Assembly: GCA_043228905.1 (NCBI GenBank)
Contig: JBHGNT010000003.1
Span: 11,160,001 to 11,224,000 of the forward strand
Direction of reading: 5' to 3'
Length of the DNA stretch: 64,000 bases
Source of the DNA: Azolla caroliniana
Lineage: Eukaryota > Plantae > Polypodiophyta
Shown: positions 51,531 to 64,000 of the stretch, in pieces
Numbering within the stretch: position 1 is the stretch's first letter
How the letters are laid out: each line of letters starts with the position of its first letter
Program-made: the position numbers and the translations under genes
Notes under the pieces: model-generated
The model's database searches: none
Told to the model about the DNA's origin: nothing
What the model saw: only the letters and a program-made list of their open reading frames with translations

Positions 51531-53125
51531 CTCGATCACACCATTTGTGGCTATTTAATATAACGATATGTTTAATATAGGCATATGTGGTCACGTATAT
51601 ACGTATTTGATCGTATATATGTGATAAGTAAACATATGTGTATATTCGTTATTACGTGATTATATCGAAAGTTGTCCTTGTCGGGAAAAGGATGTTGGTG
51701 GCCGTCCTCACATTTTTGTGAGAATGGCGTTGTCACCATCCCTTTTTCAACAATTTTTGATTGTTGACAACCCCGTTGATGACCTCGATTTTGTTACGTA
51801 AAGAAACGCCTATAGCCATAATGATGTTGAGTACGTAGGGCTTGACCCACTTCAAGTGAGGTCGCTCCAATGACACACGTATCCAACATCCCTAACTCGT
51901 TACATGGTCAAATGCCTCGCATATCTCTTATACACATCAAACATTAAGCATTCGAGAAGAGCAACTTACTTGGTTGGCTCAAGTGTTTAATGTATTTGTT
52001 CTCGAGGTCTCGAGTTCAAATATGACTAAGACCATACAACATCCTTGATAAACATTTTTTTCGTGTATAAACTACTCATCATCTCATACGTCTAGAGGGG
52101 TATTGACGTGAGATCATGATATTGATTAATGTTTGCCCATGATATGTTTACATCACGACATGATGTTATGACTATCTCTCCGACCTTATCCTATTTCTTT
52201 TCCAGAAATAATCTTTAATGGCTCAAATTAACGACCCAATGTCATCCGCTCAAGCGGAAGGAGCTCAAGGGAATCCTCCTGGACAAATGTCCACTAAGAT
52301 GTATTTGGCACAAATAAGCCAATACCTTGGTTTCACCGCTCAACAAATGATTGAACTTCGGCAATCTCAGAGTGCTCTTGAGGCACGTGTCATTAGTCTA
52401 CAACGTGAGACTAATAGACCTGATGAGCGACAAGGTGAACCATCATTTGTCGTTAATCCATTTACGGGAGACAAAAAGGAAAGAACCGAAGAAGCAATCT
52501 ACACATGACTGGGACGATGGGAGTCTCATTTTGAGCTCTATCCCACGCCAGATAGTACGAAGATTGCATATGTCGGCGGAGAACTCGGGGGTAAGGCCGC
52601 CGCCTGGTGGCGTGGGCTCCGTACTATGGGGAAATTGCCCGATACCTAGACAGATTTTGTCACGGTTTTTAAGGGCCAATTTCTGCAACCTCCCTCTCGA
52701 ACCGAGGCAGCACAAGCTTTAATGAACCTCTCTAGCAGGAAATTTTCCTCGCTAGAAGACTATGTTCACCATGCTAGAACCCAAATCCAAAAATCGGGTC
52801 TAGGAGGGGACAATTGGTTGATAGCTTCTTTTGTCAATGGCATCCCCAATTCGGACTATCATTGGATAGTGCACGATAAGGATCCAAAATCCTTCAAAGA
52901 GGCCGTTGAAATAGTTCTTCGTTATCAACGCACTTCGAAGAAGGACCACAACAAACCCAACAAAGTGCCCGAGACTAAGCAGTCGCAATTCGTTGGGAAA
53001 CGCAAGACACCCAACGAATTCATGGATCGCGATTGTAAGCGACAACATCCTTTTTGCGTATTCTGGAAAAAGAAGGGTCATACAAAAGAGCAATGTCAAA
53101 AGCTCCAACGGAAAGAGCACGATAG

Positions 53126-56100
53126 TGTTGGGATTTCGGTCCCTCCGGATGGGATGTCCGGAGATGAATGACGGCAAGCCCGGAGGCTGTTACGGAACCG
53201 TATGATGAAGAGTACCCGGCATGAAGCCGGATGAAGAGTACCCGGTTACGGAGCCGGATGCTGAAGACCCCGGTTACGGAGCCGGATGACGTATGTACCC
53301 GGAGAGAGATCCGGATGCGGGGACATATCTGTGAATATGTTTGCCAAGGGCCCTTGAGGCTATATTTGTAAATAGCCCGAAAGTCATATGTGTATAAATA
53401 TGACTTAGGGCAAACAGTTTTATGTTGTTGCTCATTTTTCTGTTTTCCACTAAGAGGGAGCGAAGTGAGAGCAGCCGAGAGAGAGTGAGAGAACGAAGAG
53501 GAAGGAAGAGGTCGACGCCTCTGTGTAATACCGCCGCCTGTGGCGAGGACAACGAGCTCAAGGTCGTCGCCTTGCAGCTCGCCATTGTACATTCCCGCGC
53601 ATAGTGATAGTTGGAGTCTTGCACTCCCGTGGTTTTTTCCCATTTAGGGTTTTCCATGTAAAACACCCTGTGTACTCTTCTCTCTATTGTCTTCGTGCAT
53701 TCTTGTACTTCCCGTTCTCTGTGAATCGATCCTGTTTCTCGGTGGTGGCCGAGCACGGAATTACGACAAATTGGTATCAGAGCGACGGTAACACAGAAAA
53801 TGGAAGGCGGCAGCAGCGGGCAGCCGGGGATGATGGTGCTGAATGCGCAGAACTACGCCGACTGGAAGATAAAGATGGAGGATCTGCTCATTGTTCGGGA
53901 CCTGTATGAACCGATCGACAGGTCGGAAATACCCAAGGGGGTACTTGAGACGGAGTGGAGGCTTTTGAACCGGAAAGCCGTTGCAACCATTCGGCAATAC
54001 GTCGACGTGAGCGTTCTACAACACGTGGCGAACGACACCAACGCATATGAGATGTGGCGGAAGCTGTCGGGCCTCTACGAGAGGAAGAATGCGTTGAACC
54101 GGACCTCCCTGATGAGAAAGATAGTGAACCTCAAGTACCGGGACGGCGAGAGTATGGTGGAACACGTAAGCACGTTCATGGGATTCGTGAACCAGCTTGC
54201 GGCGATCAAGTTCCCGTTGGAGGATGCAATGCAAGCCATCATCCTGATGTGTACATTGCCGGACAGCTGGGAGAACTTGGTGGTGACTCTCAGCACCTCC
54301 TGCACCGAAGATAACTTGTCCCTACAAACGGTAAAGACAAGTATCTTGAACGAAGAAGCGCGTCGGAGAGATAAAGAACCGGCCTCCGACTCGAAGGCGC
54401 TGCTTACCGAATCAGAACGGGGAAGACAATGGAACCGGAGTCCGCAAAGACGGGAGAAGTCGGGGACCCGGTCGCAGTCAAGAGGAAGACCCACATGCTT
54501 CCACTGTGGGAAGCCGGGGCACTTCCGGAAGAATTGTCAGCATTACCGAAAAGACAACGGAGCCGACGACACCGATTCGAAGAAGTCACCGGAGAGAAAC
54601 GGTGCATACCGGGGAGCCACGGACCGGAGAGGTCCGGATCGGCGAGGGCAGGACCGGAAAGGAACGACGGCACTCGCGGCAAGTGAGGAAGAAATCATGC
54701 TCATTACCGAAGAGAGGGAGCTGAACCTTGCCGGTGTAGAGACGACCTGGGTGGTTGATTCCGGAGCGTCGTTCCACCTGACCCCAGAGAAGAAATACTT
54801 CTCATCCTACACAGCCGGTGAGCACGGCTGTGTCCGGATGGGAAATGAAGGCACATGCCGGATTGCCGGCATAGGAGACGTGTGGCTGTTGACATCAACC
54901 GGATGCAAGATGCTGTTGAAGGATGTGCGACACGTTCCGGAGGTCCGATTGAACCTGATCTCGGCCGGGAGGCTAGATGATGAAGGCTACACGGGTAGCA
55001 TCCGGAACGGTGTCATGAAGTTCAGCAAGGGGAGCCTGATAGTGGCTCGGGCCCGGAAGGTCAACACCCTGTACCTGATGAATTCCCGGCTATGTCCGGA
55101 GGAGCTGAACGTGGCAGCCGACACTGCCGGTGAGCTGTGGCACAAGAGACTGTGCCACATGAGCGAGAAGGGGATGAAGAGGCTTGCAGAAGACAACCTC
55201 ATTCCAGTGAAGCATGTGCATCTGGAGAAGTGCACCGATTGCCTGGCCGGTAAGCAGAACCGAACCTCCTTCCACTCAAGGCCACCGACGAGACGTAGCG
55301 CACCATTGGAGTTGGTGCACACTGATGTGTGTCAGGTAGAAACGAAGTCACATGGCGGAGCCCAGTACTTCGTAACATTCATTGATGATCACAGCCGGAA
55401 GCTGTGGACGGCGCCGTTGAAGACAAAGGACCAAGTGTTGTCCGTCTTCAAAGAACTCCACGCGAGAGTGGAAAGAGAATCCGGCAAGAAGCTGAAAGCG
55501 ATACGAGCGGATAACGGAGGGGAATACCGGGGGCAGTTCCAGGAGTACTGTCGCTCGAAGGGAATCAGGCTCGAGTTTACTGTGCCGAAGACGCCGGAAC
55601 TAAACGGACTGGCCGAGAGGATGAACCGGACCATAATGGAGAGGGTCCGGAGTATGCTGGCGCATGCGAAATTACCCAAGGGGTTTTGGGCTGAGGCAAT
55701 GTCGACGGCGACATACGTGATAAACAGATCACCCTCAGTACCTCTGGACGGAGACACGCCGCAGAAAGTGTGGACCGGTAAGGAAGTGTCCTACCGGCAT
55801 CTGAAGGTGTTCGGGTGTCTCGCATACGTGCATGTGGCAAAGGACCGGAGAGGAAAGCTAGATCCAAAGACCCGGCCATGCATATTCCTCGGTTACGGCG
55901 ACGACGAGTTCGGCTACCGAGTATGGGACCCGGTCGACAAGAAGATATTCAGGAGTCGAGACATCATCTTCATGGAGGACAAGACACTCGCCGACTGGGA
56001 GTCGGAGAAGAAGATGAAGAGCTCCAAGTCGACCGGTGAGGATCAACTCTACGAGGAGCAGTCCCGACCGGCAAGGGACCGGTTAACACTCGAGGATCCG

Positions 56101-58518
56101 GCCGAAGACTATGAAGAAACAGAACCGGCCGAAGAAGATGAAAATGATACCAGAACCGGCCCCGATCCCGAAATGGATTCGGATGAAGAAGAATCGGAAG
56201 AACCGGTTACCGAAGCTCCGGAACGGAGATATCCTCTAAGAGAGAGAAGGGCCCCCAGGAGATTTCCGGAACCAGAGCACGTGCTGCTAACCAACGAAGG
56301 GGAGCCGGAGAGCTTTGAAGAAGCAAAGCATGACACCCAGAGCCGCAGGTGGTTGAGTGCCATGCAGGACGAGATGGATTCCCTGCATGAGAACCACACA
56401 TATGAACTTGTGGAGTTGCCGAAAGGAAAGCGGGCACTTCGAAACAAGTGGGTGTTCAAGCTGAAACCGGGAGATGCCGGAAACCCCCCGAGATACAAAG
56501 CCAGGATCGTGGTGAAGGGGTTTCAGCAGAAGAAGGGCGTCGACTTTGACGAGATATTCGCCCCGGTAGTGAAGATGACCTCCATCCGGACGGTGCTGAG
56601 CATAGCGGCAAGCATGGACCTCGAGGTAGAATAGATGGACGTGAAGACGACATTCCTTCACGGTGACCTCGAAGAAGAGATCTACATGCAGCAACCGGAA
56701 GGATTCGAGAAGAAAGGGAAGGAGCACCTGGTATGCCGGTTGAAGAAGAGCCTTTACGGACTGAAGCAGGCTCCCCGGCAATGGTACCGGAAGTTCGACT
56801 CCTTCATGACCGACGAAGGGTACCACAAAACGCAGTCTGATCACTGCGTGTTTGTGAAGAAGTTCGAAGGAGGAGACTCTCTAATACTCCTCCTGTACAT
56901 GGACGACATGGTGATCGTCGGACGGGACCAGGTCAAGATACGGACGCTGAAGAAAGCACTTCACCGAACCTTCTCAATGAAGGACCTGGGTCCGGCGAGG
57001 CAAATACTAGGGATGCACATCATCCGGGACCGGAAGAAGAAGCAGTTGTGGCTGTCACAGGAGAAGTACGTGACAAAGGTGCTTCACCGGTTCAACATGT
57101 CGGAAGCAAGACCGGTCGGGTCAACCCTCCCGGGAAATTGCAAGTTGTCCAGCAAGCAAAGCCCCAAGACAAAGGCTGAGAAGGAGGACATGATGAAAGT
57201 ACCATATGCCTCTGCCGTCGGAAGCTTGATGTACGCAATGGTGTGTACAAGACCGGACATAGGATATGCAGTTGGAGTGGTGAGCCGGTACATGAGCAAT
57301 CCCGGCAAAGAGCACTGGAACGCGGTCAAGTGGATACTCCGATACCTGAAGGGCACGGCAAACGTGTGCCTCCGATTCGGCTCCGGTAAGCCCGAATTCG
57401 ACGGCTTTACCGATTCGGATATGTCGGCTGATGCAGATACCAGCCGGTCCACATCAGGGTATGTGATGACGTATGCAGGTGGAGCTGTTTCGTGGCAGTC
57501 GAGGCTGCAGAAGACGGTTGCGCTGTCAACCACGGAGGCGGAGTACATGGCGGCTGTTGAAGCCGGCAAGGAAATAATATGGATGAAGGACTTCATTAGA
57601 GAGCTCGGTATCCGGCAGGAGGAGTACCGACTCTACTGCGATAGTCTGAGTGCCATCCACCTTGCGAAGAACGCGGCCTACCATTCCCGGACGAAACACA
57701 TCCAGCGTAGATACCACTGGATTCAGGAAAGAATAGAAGACAAGGAGTTCGTGCTGACGAAGATCCACACGGACGAGAACGGGTCGGATATGCTGACCAA
57801 GGTGCTCACACCCGACAAGCTGGAAGCATGCCGGAAGAGGATCGGGTTGGAGAGACATCCCATGCCGAAGTGAAGGGGGAGTTTGTTGGGATTTCGGTCC
57901 CTCCGGATGGGATGTCCGGAGATGAATGACGGCAAGCCCGGAGGCTGTTATGGAACCGTATGATGAAGAGTACCCGGCATGAAGCCGGATGAAGAGTACC
58001 CGGTTACGGAGCCGGATGCTGAAGACCCCGGTTACGGAGCCGGATGACGTATGTACCCGGAGAGAGATCCGGATGCGGGGACATATCTGTGAATATGTTT
58101 GCCAAGGGCCCTTGAGGCTATATTTGTAAATAGCCCGAAAGTCATATGTGTATAAATATGACTTAGGGCAAACAGTTTTATGTTGTTGCTCATTTTTCTG
58201 TTTTCCACTAAGAGGGAGCGAAGTGAGAGCAGCCGAGAGAGAGTGAGAGAACGAAGAGGAAGGAAGAGGTCGACGCCTCTGTGTAATACCGCCGCCTGTG
58301 GCGAGGACAGCGAGCTCAAGGTCGTCGCCTTGCAGCTCGCCATTGTACATTCCCGCGCATAGTGATAGTTGGAGTCTTGCACTCCCGTGGTTTTTTCCCA
58401 TTTAGGGTTTTCCACGTAAAACACCCTGTGTACTCTTCTCTCTAATGTCTTCGTGCATTCTTGTACTTCCCGTTCTCTATGAATCGATCCTGTTTCTCGG
58501 TGGTGGCCGAGCACGACA
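53126..58518 (+). mobile_element. Near-intact Ty1/copia retrotransposon (element H, Tnt1/Tork-like)
   Basis: LTRs 53126-53768 and 57884-58518 (about 5 substitutions and one 8-bp indel by eye). PBS TGGTATCAGAGC 53772-53783, PPT GAAGGGGGAG. TSD GATAG at 53121-53125 and 58519-58523. Confidence 0.97.
53800..57873 (+). pseudogene. gag-pol: copia gag-pol polyprotein with a single in-frame TAG (56632-56634)
   Basis: CFHCGKPGHFRKNC, WVVDSGASFH, HTDVC..FIDD..RADNGGEY, LEVE*MDVKT, LYMDD, TKHIQRRYHWI..SDMLTK. Both ORFs are in the same frame. Confidence 0.95.
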
Positions 58519-59395
58519 GATAGCAAACCTAAAGCTTTAGACCATAAAGGTCAGATTCCTAATGTCCTTAAGGTCTATACACATCATTTAAGTAATTGTC
58601 AATGTTCTTTCCCTCACTATGTATTGGGTCCCAATGATTTACTATGTACAAACGGGTATATCAATGGATCTCATGTACAATTTTTATTTGATTCGGGAAG
58701 CTCACACAATTTTGTGAATGATCGTTTGGTTCAGATATGGGAATCCAACCCACCGTAAGTGATCACACCTACACGGTGCACTTGACTGATGGAAGAGTAC
58801 AATACATCAACGGGGCGATTCATTCATAGTAAACTTCCATGTAATGAATCTTTGTACCACCGATGTAATACTAGGTTATCCCTGGTTTTATAATAAAAAC
58901 TCTTCTTTATTTATTGATTGGGTTCGCCATTCCATTTCTTTTGTACTGAACGATTCTACGCATTTTATTCAATGTATCAAAAAACAATCCCTCTCGATTG
59001 TTTCCTCGTGTTCATCAAAATCCGAGTTGTCTTGTTCTACGTTATTTTATTGTGTACTTGATCCAGACATTCATGTTTACAATATCGATAATGTCCTGGT
59101 TCAATTAACATATTTTGAACAACAACAACTTGATGAAATCTTAAATGATTTTCATGATGTTTTTCTAAGTGAACTACCTGATGGGTTACCTCCTAAATGT
59201 AATATAGACCATCGTATAGATATTGTACCTGGTGTTGCACCAATAAGTATACCTTCGTATCGCTTAAGTCGATCTGAAGAAGATGAGGTATCTAAGCAAC
59301 TCAAGGACTATTTACGAATGGGTTATATATGTTATAGTAAATCTCCATGGGGTGCACCAGTTTTCTTGGTAAAAAAGAAAGAGGGCAAATGGCGT

Positions 59396-62300
59396 TGTCG
59401 TGCCCTTCGGCTCCGGATCGTTGCGTGAGTCGGGTGGGAACCGCCGAGGTTTTGGACAAGGAGGAAGAGGAATACAACTTAAGGCTAGTTATGAATAATA
59501 GGAATAGAAGTAAGGTAGTAACCTCGTGAATCCCACGAGTTTAGTGTAATTAAAACAATATTTAGATTATTAGAGCAATTAGATGGCAAAATTCGTGAAT
59601 CCCCGAATCTATTAGATTGATCAATTCTTCTATATTAATCAACAACCATATACATATTTCTCTCCTCCTTATATAAAGATGGAAGAGGCTAAGCATGGCT
59701 TCATGCTTTTTCACCTAAAGTGTCCATGCACACTAAATGTGCATGTGATGCTTTGTCATTTCCTAAATATAGGGCTCATGCACGCTAGATGTGCATGAGT
59801 CACTTTTAATGTCACGTGTAAATAAAATATTCACACTCTAAAGAATACATGATTTTTACCTTTTAATAAAGGTATGTATAAATAAAGGTCTTATACGTAT
59901 TAAATCTATATTTATAACACTAAAGATAAGTTATTACAATGGTAAAGTTGGGGTTTATCTACGTGGAGGTGCATGGTTCGAATCTTGCCCTATGCACGTG
60001 ATAAATTCCTTTTATTTATTTATTTATATGTATCTAAATTATTTTATGGTTTTCACGTAGTGTGCGGAATACACTACGACATTCGCCCCCTCCGAACCCG
60101 CACATCCTCCGGTATGTGCCGAAGTTCTCGATCCCCCATATCCGTCTTCACCCAAAGCTTCCTCCGATTCTCCCCTTATGTCGACTATGAGTTATAATTC
60201 ACTTTCTTCGCTTCCCGCATCACCGTGGTCTTCGTCCGATTGCTCCTCGTTGTCGGCCTTGGCTTGGATCACATAGGGTTTGTCGTCGGTCTGCTTCTTG
60301 AAAATCTTCACCCGCTTCCCGGCTATAGGCACTCGTAATATTGTTCCATCCAACTCGGACAGTCGGTACGTTCCGTTGTCGAAGACTTTCCGAACCTCGT
60401 ATGGCCCGAACCACCTTTTCGCGAATTTCCGCATCGTTGTATGTTGATGGTCCAAACTACTGTCATAGACGATCACCCAATCTCCTTCTTCAATCCTCCT
60501 CGGTCGTAGTCGGTGCTTTGTGTCGAACCGGCTTTTGTTCCTTAATCGTGCTTCTTGTTGTCGGCGTATTGCTTCCGCTATGTCTGCCGGTCTTCCCTCT
60601 AGTTGTCGTATCCGGACCGCTAGTAGTTCTTCCCGGCTCATCTCTTCCTTCCACGGTAGCACTGTCCATGTTGCGATCGCGGTTTCCTTCGGCATTACCG
60701 GTGCTTGTCCGGTCATGAGTTCTGCCGGCATGTAACCGGTTATGGAACTATGCGTCGTCCGATCCGCCCATAGTGCATACGGAAGCATCTGCGGCCAATC
60801 CTTCACCTTTCCATCGCATGCCTTCGCAAGTGCTTTCACGATCGGACTATGTCCTCGTTTGATTTTCCCGTTGGCCTCCGGATTGTATGCCGTTGTCAGC
60901 GATAACCGAACTCCGTGTTTAGCGAAGAATCCCCTAGCTTTGTCCGAGTCGAGTTCTCCCCGGTCCGCAATCACTTGTCCTACGCACCCGTACCTGCAAA
61001 ATACTTCCTCCAAAAGAAATTGGCATACCGCGGAACACGTTTTCCTCTGAAGCGCTCGACCTTCTACTTGATTCGTGAGATCTTCCCGAGCTAATACCAA
61101 GTATTTCTTTTGTCCGATCCCGGTCGGCATGGCCACTATGTCAACCATCCACTTGAAGTTGATTGTCGGTGAGAATGTTGGATGTAGCTCATCTCGATGT
61201 CGAACCCTGGAGTAGACTTGACATTTCTCGCAGCTTTCCGTGAACTCCGCGACATCTTTGTACATTTTCTTCCACCAATATTTTTGCTTGATCTTCACAA
61301 ATGTTGCCCATGTTCCTTGGTGTCCAGCCCAATCGGATTCGTGAAACTCGGACATTATCCGGTTTCGTTGCTCTTTTGTTCCGACTACTCGAAGTGGTAT
61401 ACCATCCGGTCTTTTCGGCGCCCTCCATATTTTAATCCGTTTTCCAAGAAGAACTTTTGGACTTGTCTCTTCTTCCTTCGGATCTCGGCTCTTCTTCCTT
61501 TATCGTTTGTTGAATCCTCGGCCTCTTGTAATATCTTCCCGATCATCAAGCTTTCTCCCTCGTATTCTTCTTCCCGGAATTCCTGGATTACGTTTACTCG
61601 GCATATGTGCTCCGACGCGAAGTAGTCTTCGGAAGCTTCTTCATTATCCGATTCGGTTATGTCGTCTCCGAACCGAGCCCTTGATAACATATCCGCTACC
61701 GCATTGTCCTTCCCCGAGATGTGTCGAACCTCCGGATTAAGCGACTTGACATATGCAACCCACCTTAGCATAGCTACATCCGGTATCGTACAACACCGCA
61801 TCATCCCGAGTATCGGAAGACAATCCGTCTCGATCACCACTTCGGTTCCGATCAAATAATCCCGATCCGATTTTATCGCCGACACGACTCCCCACAGTTC
61901 TCTTTTGACTTGCGCATATCCACGTTGCCTTTCGTTGAGAACCTTTGCTCCGAATCGGATCGGATACCGCGAACCATCCGAGTCGGCTTGATTGATGACC
62001 CACCCGATACCGGTTGGACTTGTATCAACCGTTACTATGATCGGTCGGTCGGTCATAGCTCGGCTTCTTAAGTGCTTCCGCCCTCCGAAGTGTCTTCTTC
62101 AATTTCTTCATGGCTTTGGTGTGTTCCGGTTTCCATTCGAATTTCTTACCTTTCCGCAACAAGTGGTAGAGCGGATCCGCTATATGTGCATAGTGCGGAA
62201 TCCATATGTGATAGAATGCACATGCACCGAGAAACCTTCGGACTTCAGATGTTGACTCGCATACTTCCTCCATAGCTTGAATCACATCGATCTTTGTTGG

Positions 62301-64000
62301 TGACGGTCTTCGGCCGTAGGGCCCACATAGATGTCCGACCACCAATATTTCTTCTTGCCCAAATGCCGATTTCTCCCCGGAAAGTGTTAGGTGCACATCT
62401 TCTAGCTTTCGCAACACTTTCTCGCAATCATGAATATGGTCGACCACGAACTTTCGGCATCCCCGATTATCCATAGTCTCATCTTTTTCTTCTACCGCAC
62501 ATCCTTTCATCGGAATGTCATCGAGGAACGGCATCGTTATCTCCGGAATGCAGTCTCGAAGCACCTTGTTCATCGCGTTCATCATATGAGCAACCGAGTT
62601 TGTCGCTCCTTGTGGTAGTGTGCACATTCGGACTAATCCTATCGGTGTTCGCATGGTTGTGATGTCTCGGCTCTCCACGGCTAGTTGGAATTGGTCATAC
62701 CCCGATTATAGGTCTCCGATGGAGTATATCGCACGACCGGCAAAAGCTTCCGCAAATTCGTCCACTATCGGACCGACTCCCGAGTTCCGGATCGTGACCT
62801 TATTCACCGGTTGCAAGTCTTGGATAAATCGGAGTGACCCATTCTTCTTCGGAACCGTAAACCATCGATTTGAGTACGGAGCAGTTGATGGCTCTAGAAT
62901 CCCCATCGCCACCTTCTCCTTGACCAAGTCAATGACTTTCGGAATATGCGCTCGTGGTACTGGAATTGGCTTCAGGTTCCACGGTACATGGTCAATCGTG
63001 AAGATCACCATCGGCTCCACTATTCTCGGATCGACGCACCCTATCTCCCTTGATGTAAATGCAAATGCTTTGCCGTATTGCTCCAACATCTCGCGAAACC
63101 GTTCTTCTTCTTTTGTAATAGGAACCCACCTCCACCGATCCGAAGTTTCTTCCGGGTCTCATCCGTGAAGGCATGTCCGATATCCACGGACTTCCGAAGT
63201 GTCGGATCTCCCGAGACTTCTTTCCTCTTTTGTTCGCTATCGGCGGGTAGTGGTCCCGCGGCCGGTTTCACCTTCTTCTCCACAGTCTTGTACTTCGTAC
63301 TTACCATTGCTTCTTCTTTGCGGAGCGTATCCGGCTCCATTTTCTCAATGATCTCGTACATCTCGACCGATTCCACCGGGACTACCCAGTTCCCTTGGCT
63401 TTTATCTTCCGCAAGCTCTTCAAGTCGTTGTAGCGTGCTCCCATAGAACACTTCTTCGACTATCCCCACGATTTCTTCATCTTCTTTTATTATTGATGCC
63501 GACCGCAACTTATCCTCCACTTGTCGGTATCCTTTCTTCAATCCTCCGGTTACGGTCGTGTACGTAGATGCCCCATCCAGACCGATTCGTACATGTTTTG
63601 CTCCGAGAGTTTTCTTCCTGTGTGGGGTATCAGGGCTTCTCGGACTATCACTTCCCCACTCCGCAACAGTCCGCTTTAAAAATCCATTCTCACTTGGGAC
63701 AAGAGTTCCCTCTTGTTCCTTTCGTGATTTGCCGGCACCGTTAGGAATTGGACGGATTTCCCACCGTTTTGGCTCCGAATTCGCGCAAGCACCGCTATCG
63801 AGCACCTTCGTCTCCATCCGTGATGCCGTGATAAAGGGTTGGCCGAGGATGACGGAATGTGAAACCTCATCTTGCACGAAGAAATTTTGGTCGATCTCGA
63901 CATCCCCGATCTTCACCGTCACATCCGGACAAGCCGCAAATAGATCTTCCGTTGCTTTGGTGGCCGCCCGAATCTTCCATCCATGGTTGGTGTTAATAGG
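59396..64000 (-). mobile_element. Ty3/gypsy element I (same lineage as F), running off the window end
   Basis: 3' LTR 59396-60081 (TGTCG..CGACA) with PPT next to 60082; pol is similar to that of F. Confidence 0.92.
60192..64000 (-). pseudogene. pol: Protease end, RT, RNase H and integrase of element I, with frameshifts
   Basis: LPQGATNS, PFLDD, TVDTSP..IETDC..ADMLSR, WMVDIV..IADRGE, WFGPY. Confidence 0.92.

Larger units (their letters stand above)
50565..59395 (+). mobile_element. Degenerate Ty3/gypsy (element G): 5' LTR, long leader, gag, protease and start of RT; interrupted by H and I
   Basis: LTR 50565-51020, PBS TGGTATCAGAGC 51023-51034, gag pieces 52218-53125, FLFDSGSSHNFV near 58680, HRIDIVPG..SPWGAPVFLVKKKEGKWR up to 59395. 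Confidence 0.85.

Noticed and set aside
56632-56634. Programmed stop-codon readthrough in copia H
   Set aside because: The TAG replaces the conserved Gln of the RT motif QMDVK (CAG to TAG transition) and lacks a CARYYA readthrough context; it is an ordinary nonsense mutation.
57526-58526. Long antisense ORFs over LTRs and pol genes (e.g. 291 aa at 57526-58401, 246 aa at 45165-45905, 237 aa at 47143-47856)
   Set aside because: Shadow ORFs of GC-rich TE sequence with no recognisable domains.

Overview
Eukaryotic plant nuclear DNA, probably from a non-seed plant such as a fern (inferred from the retroelement lineages). About 80% of the window is nested transposable elements. The only clear host genes are a 3-exon alpha-expansin (14202-15504) and a tRNA-Gly(CCC) (19679-19749). 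Positions 3-11833 hold three copies of one Ty1/copia family inserted into each other. Positions 22220-50427 hold a four-level nest: a copia solo LTR (TSD ACTTG) is interrupted by a ~9 kb Sola2-type DNA transposon (22297-49922; GGG..CCC TIRs; 4-bp TSD ACTT). That transposon contains two Tcn1-like chromoviruses, one apparently intact with LTRs identical by eye and the other interrupted by a tRNA-Trp-primed gypsy. Positions 50565-64000 hold a gypsy interrupted by a near-intact copia and by a second element of the tRNA-Trp-primed lineage. The best candidate for an undescribed system is the Sola2 element. It carries a convergent, spliced accessory gene with a RING-like domain and an alternative last exon encoding an FCP1/SCP-like pseudo-phosphatase, and it has arrays of the palindrome TAGCTAATTAGCTA in introns and at both ends. 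This layout recalls the VANDAL/VANC anti-silencing system (inference). Other signals: antisense tRNA-like A/B boxes in the U3 of three LTR families, Tf1-type self-priming, two types of -1 frameshift pseudoknot, a duplicated PPT with a Pol C-terminal extension, and strong CWG avoidance in one element. All coordinates and counts were read by eye; no searches were run.
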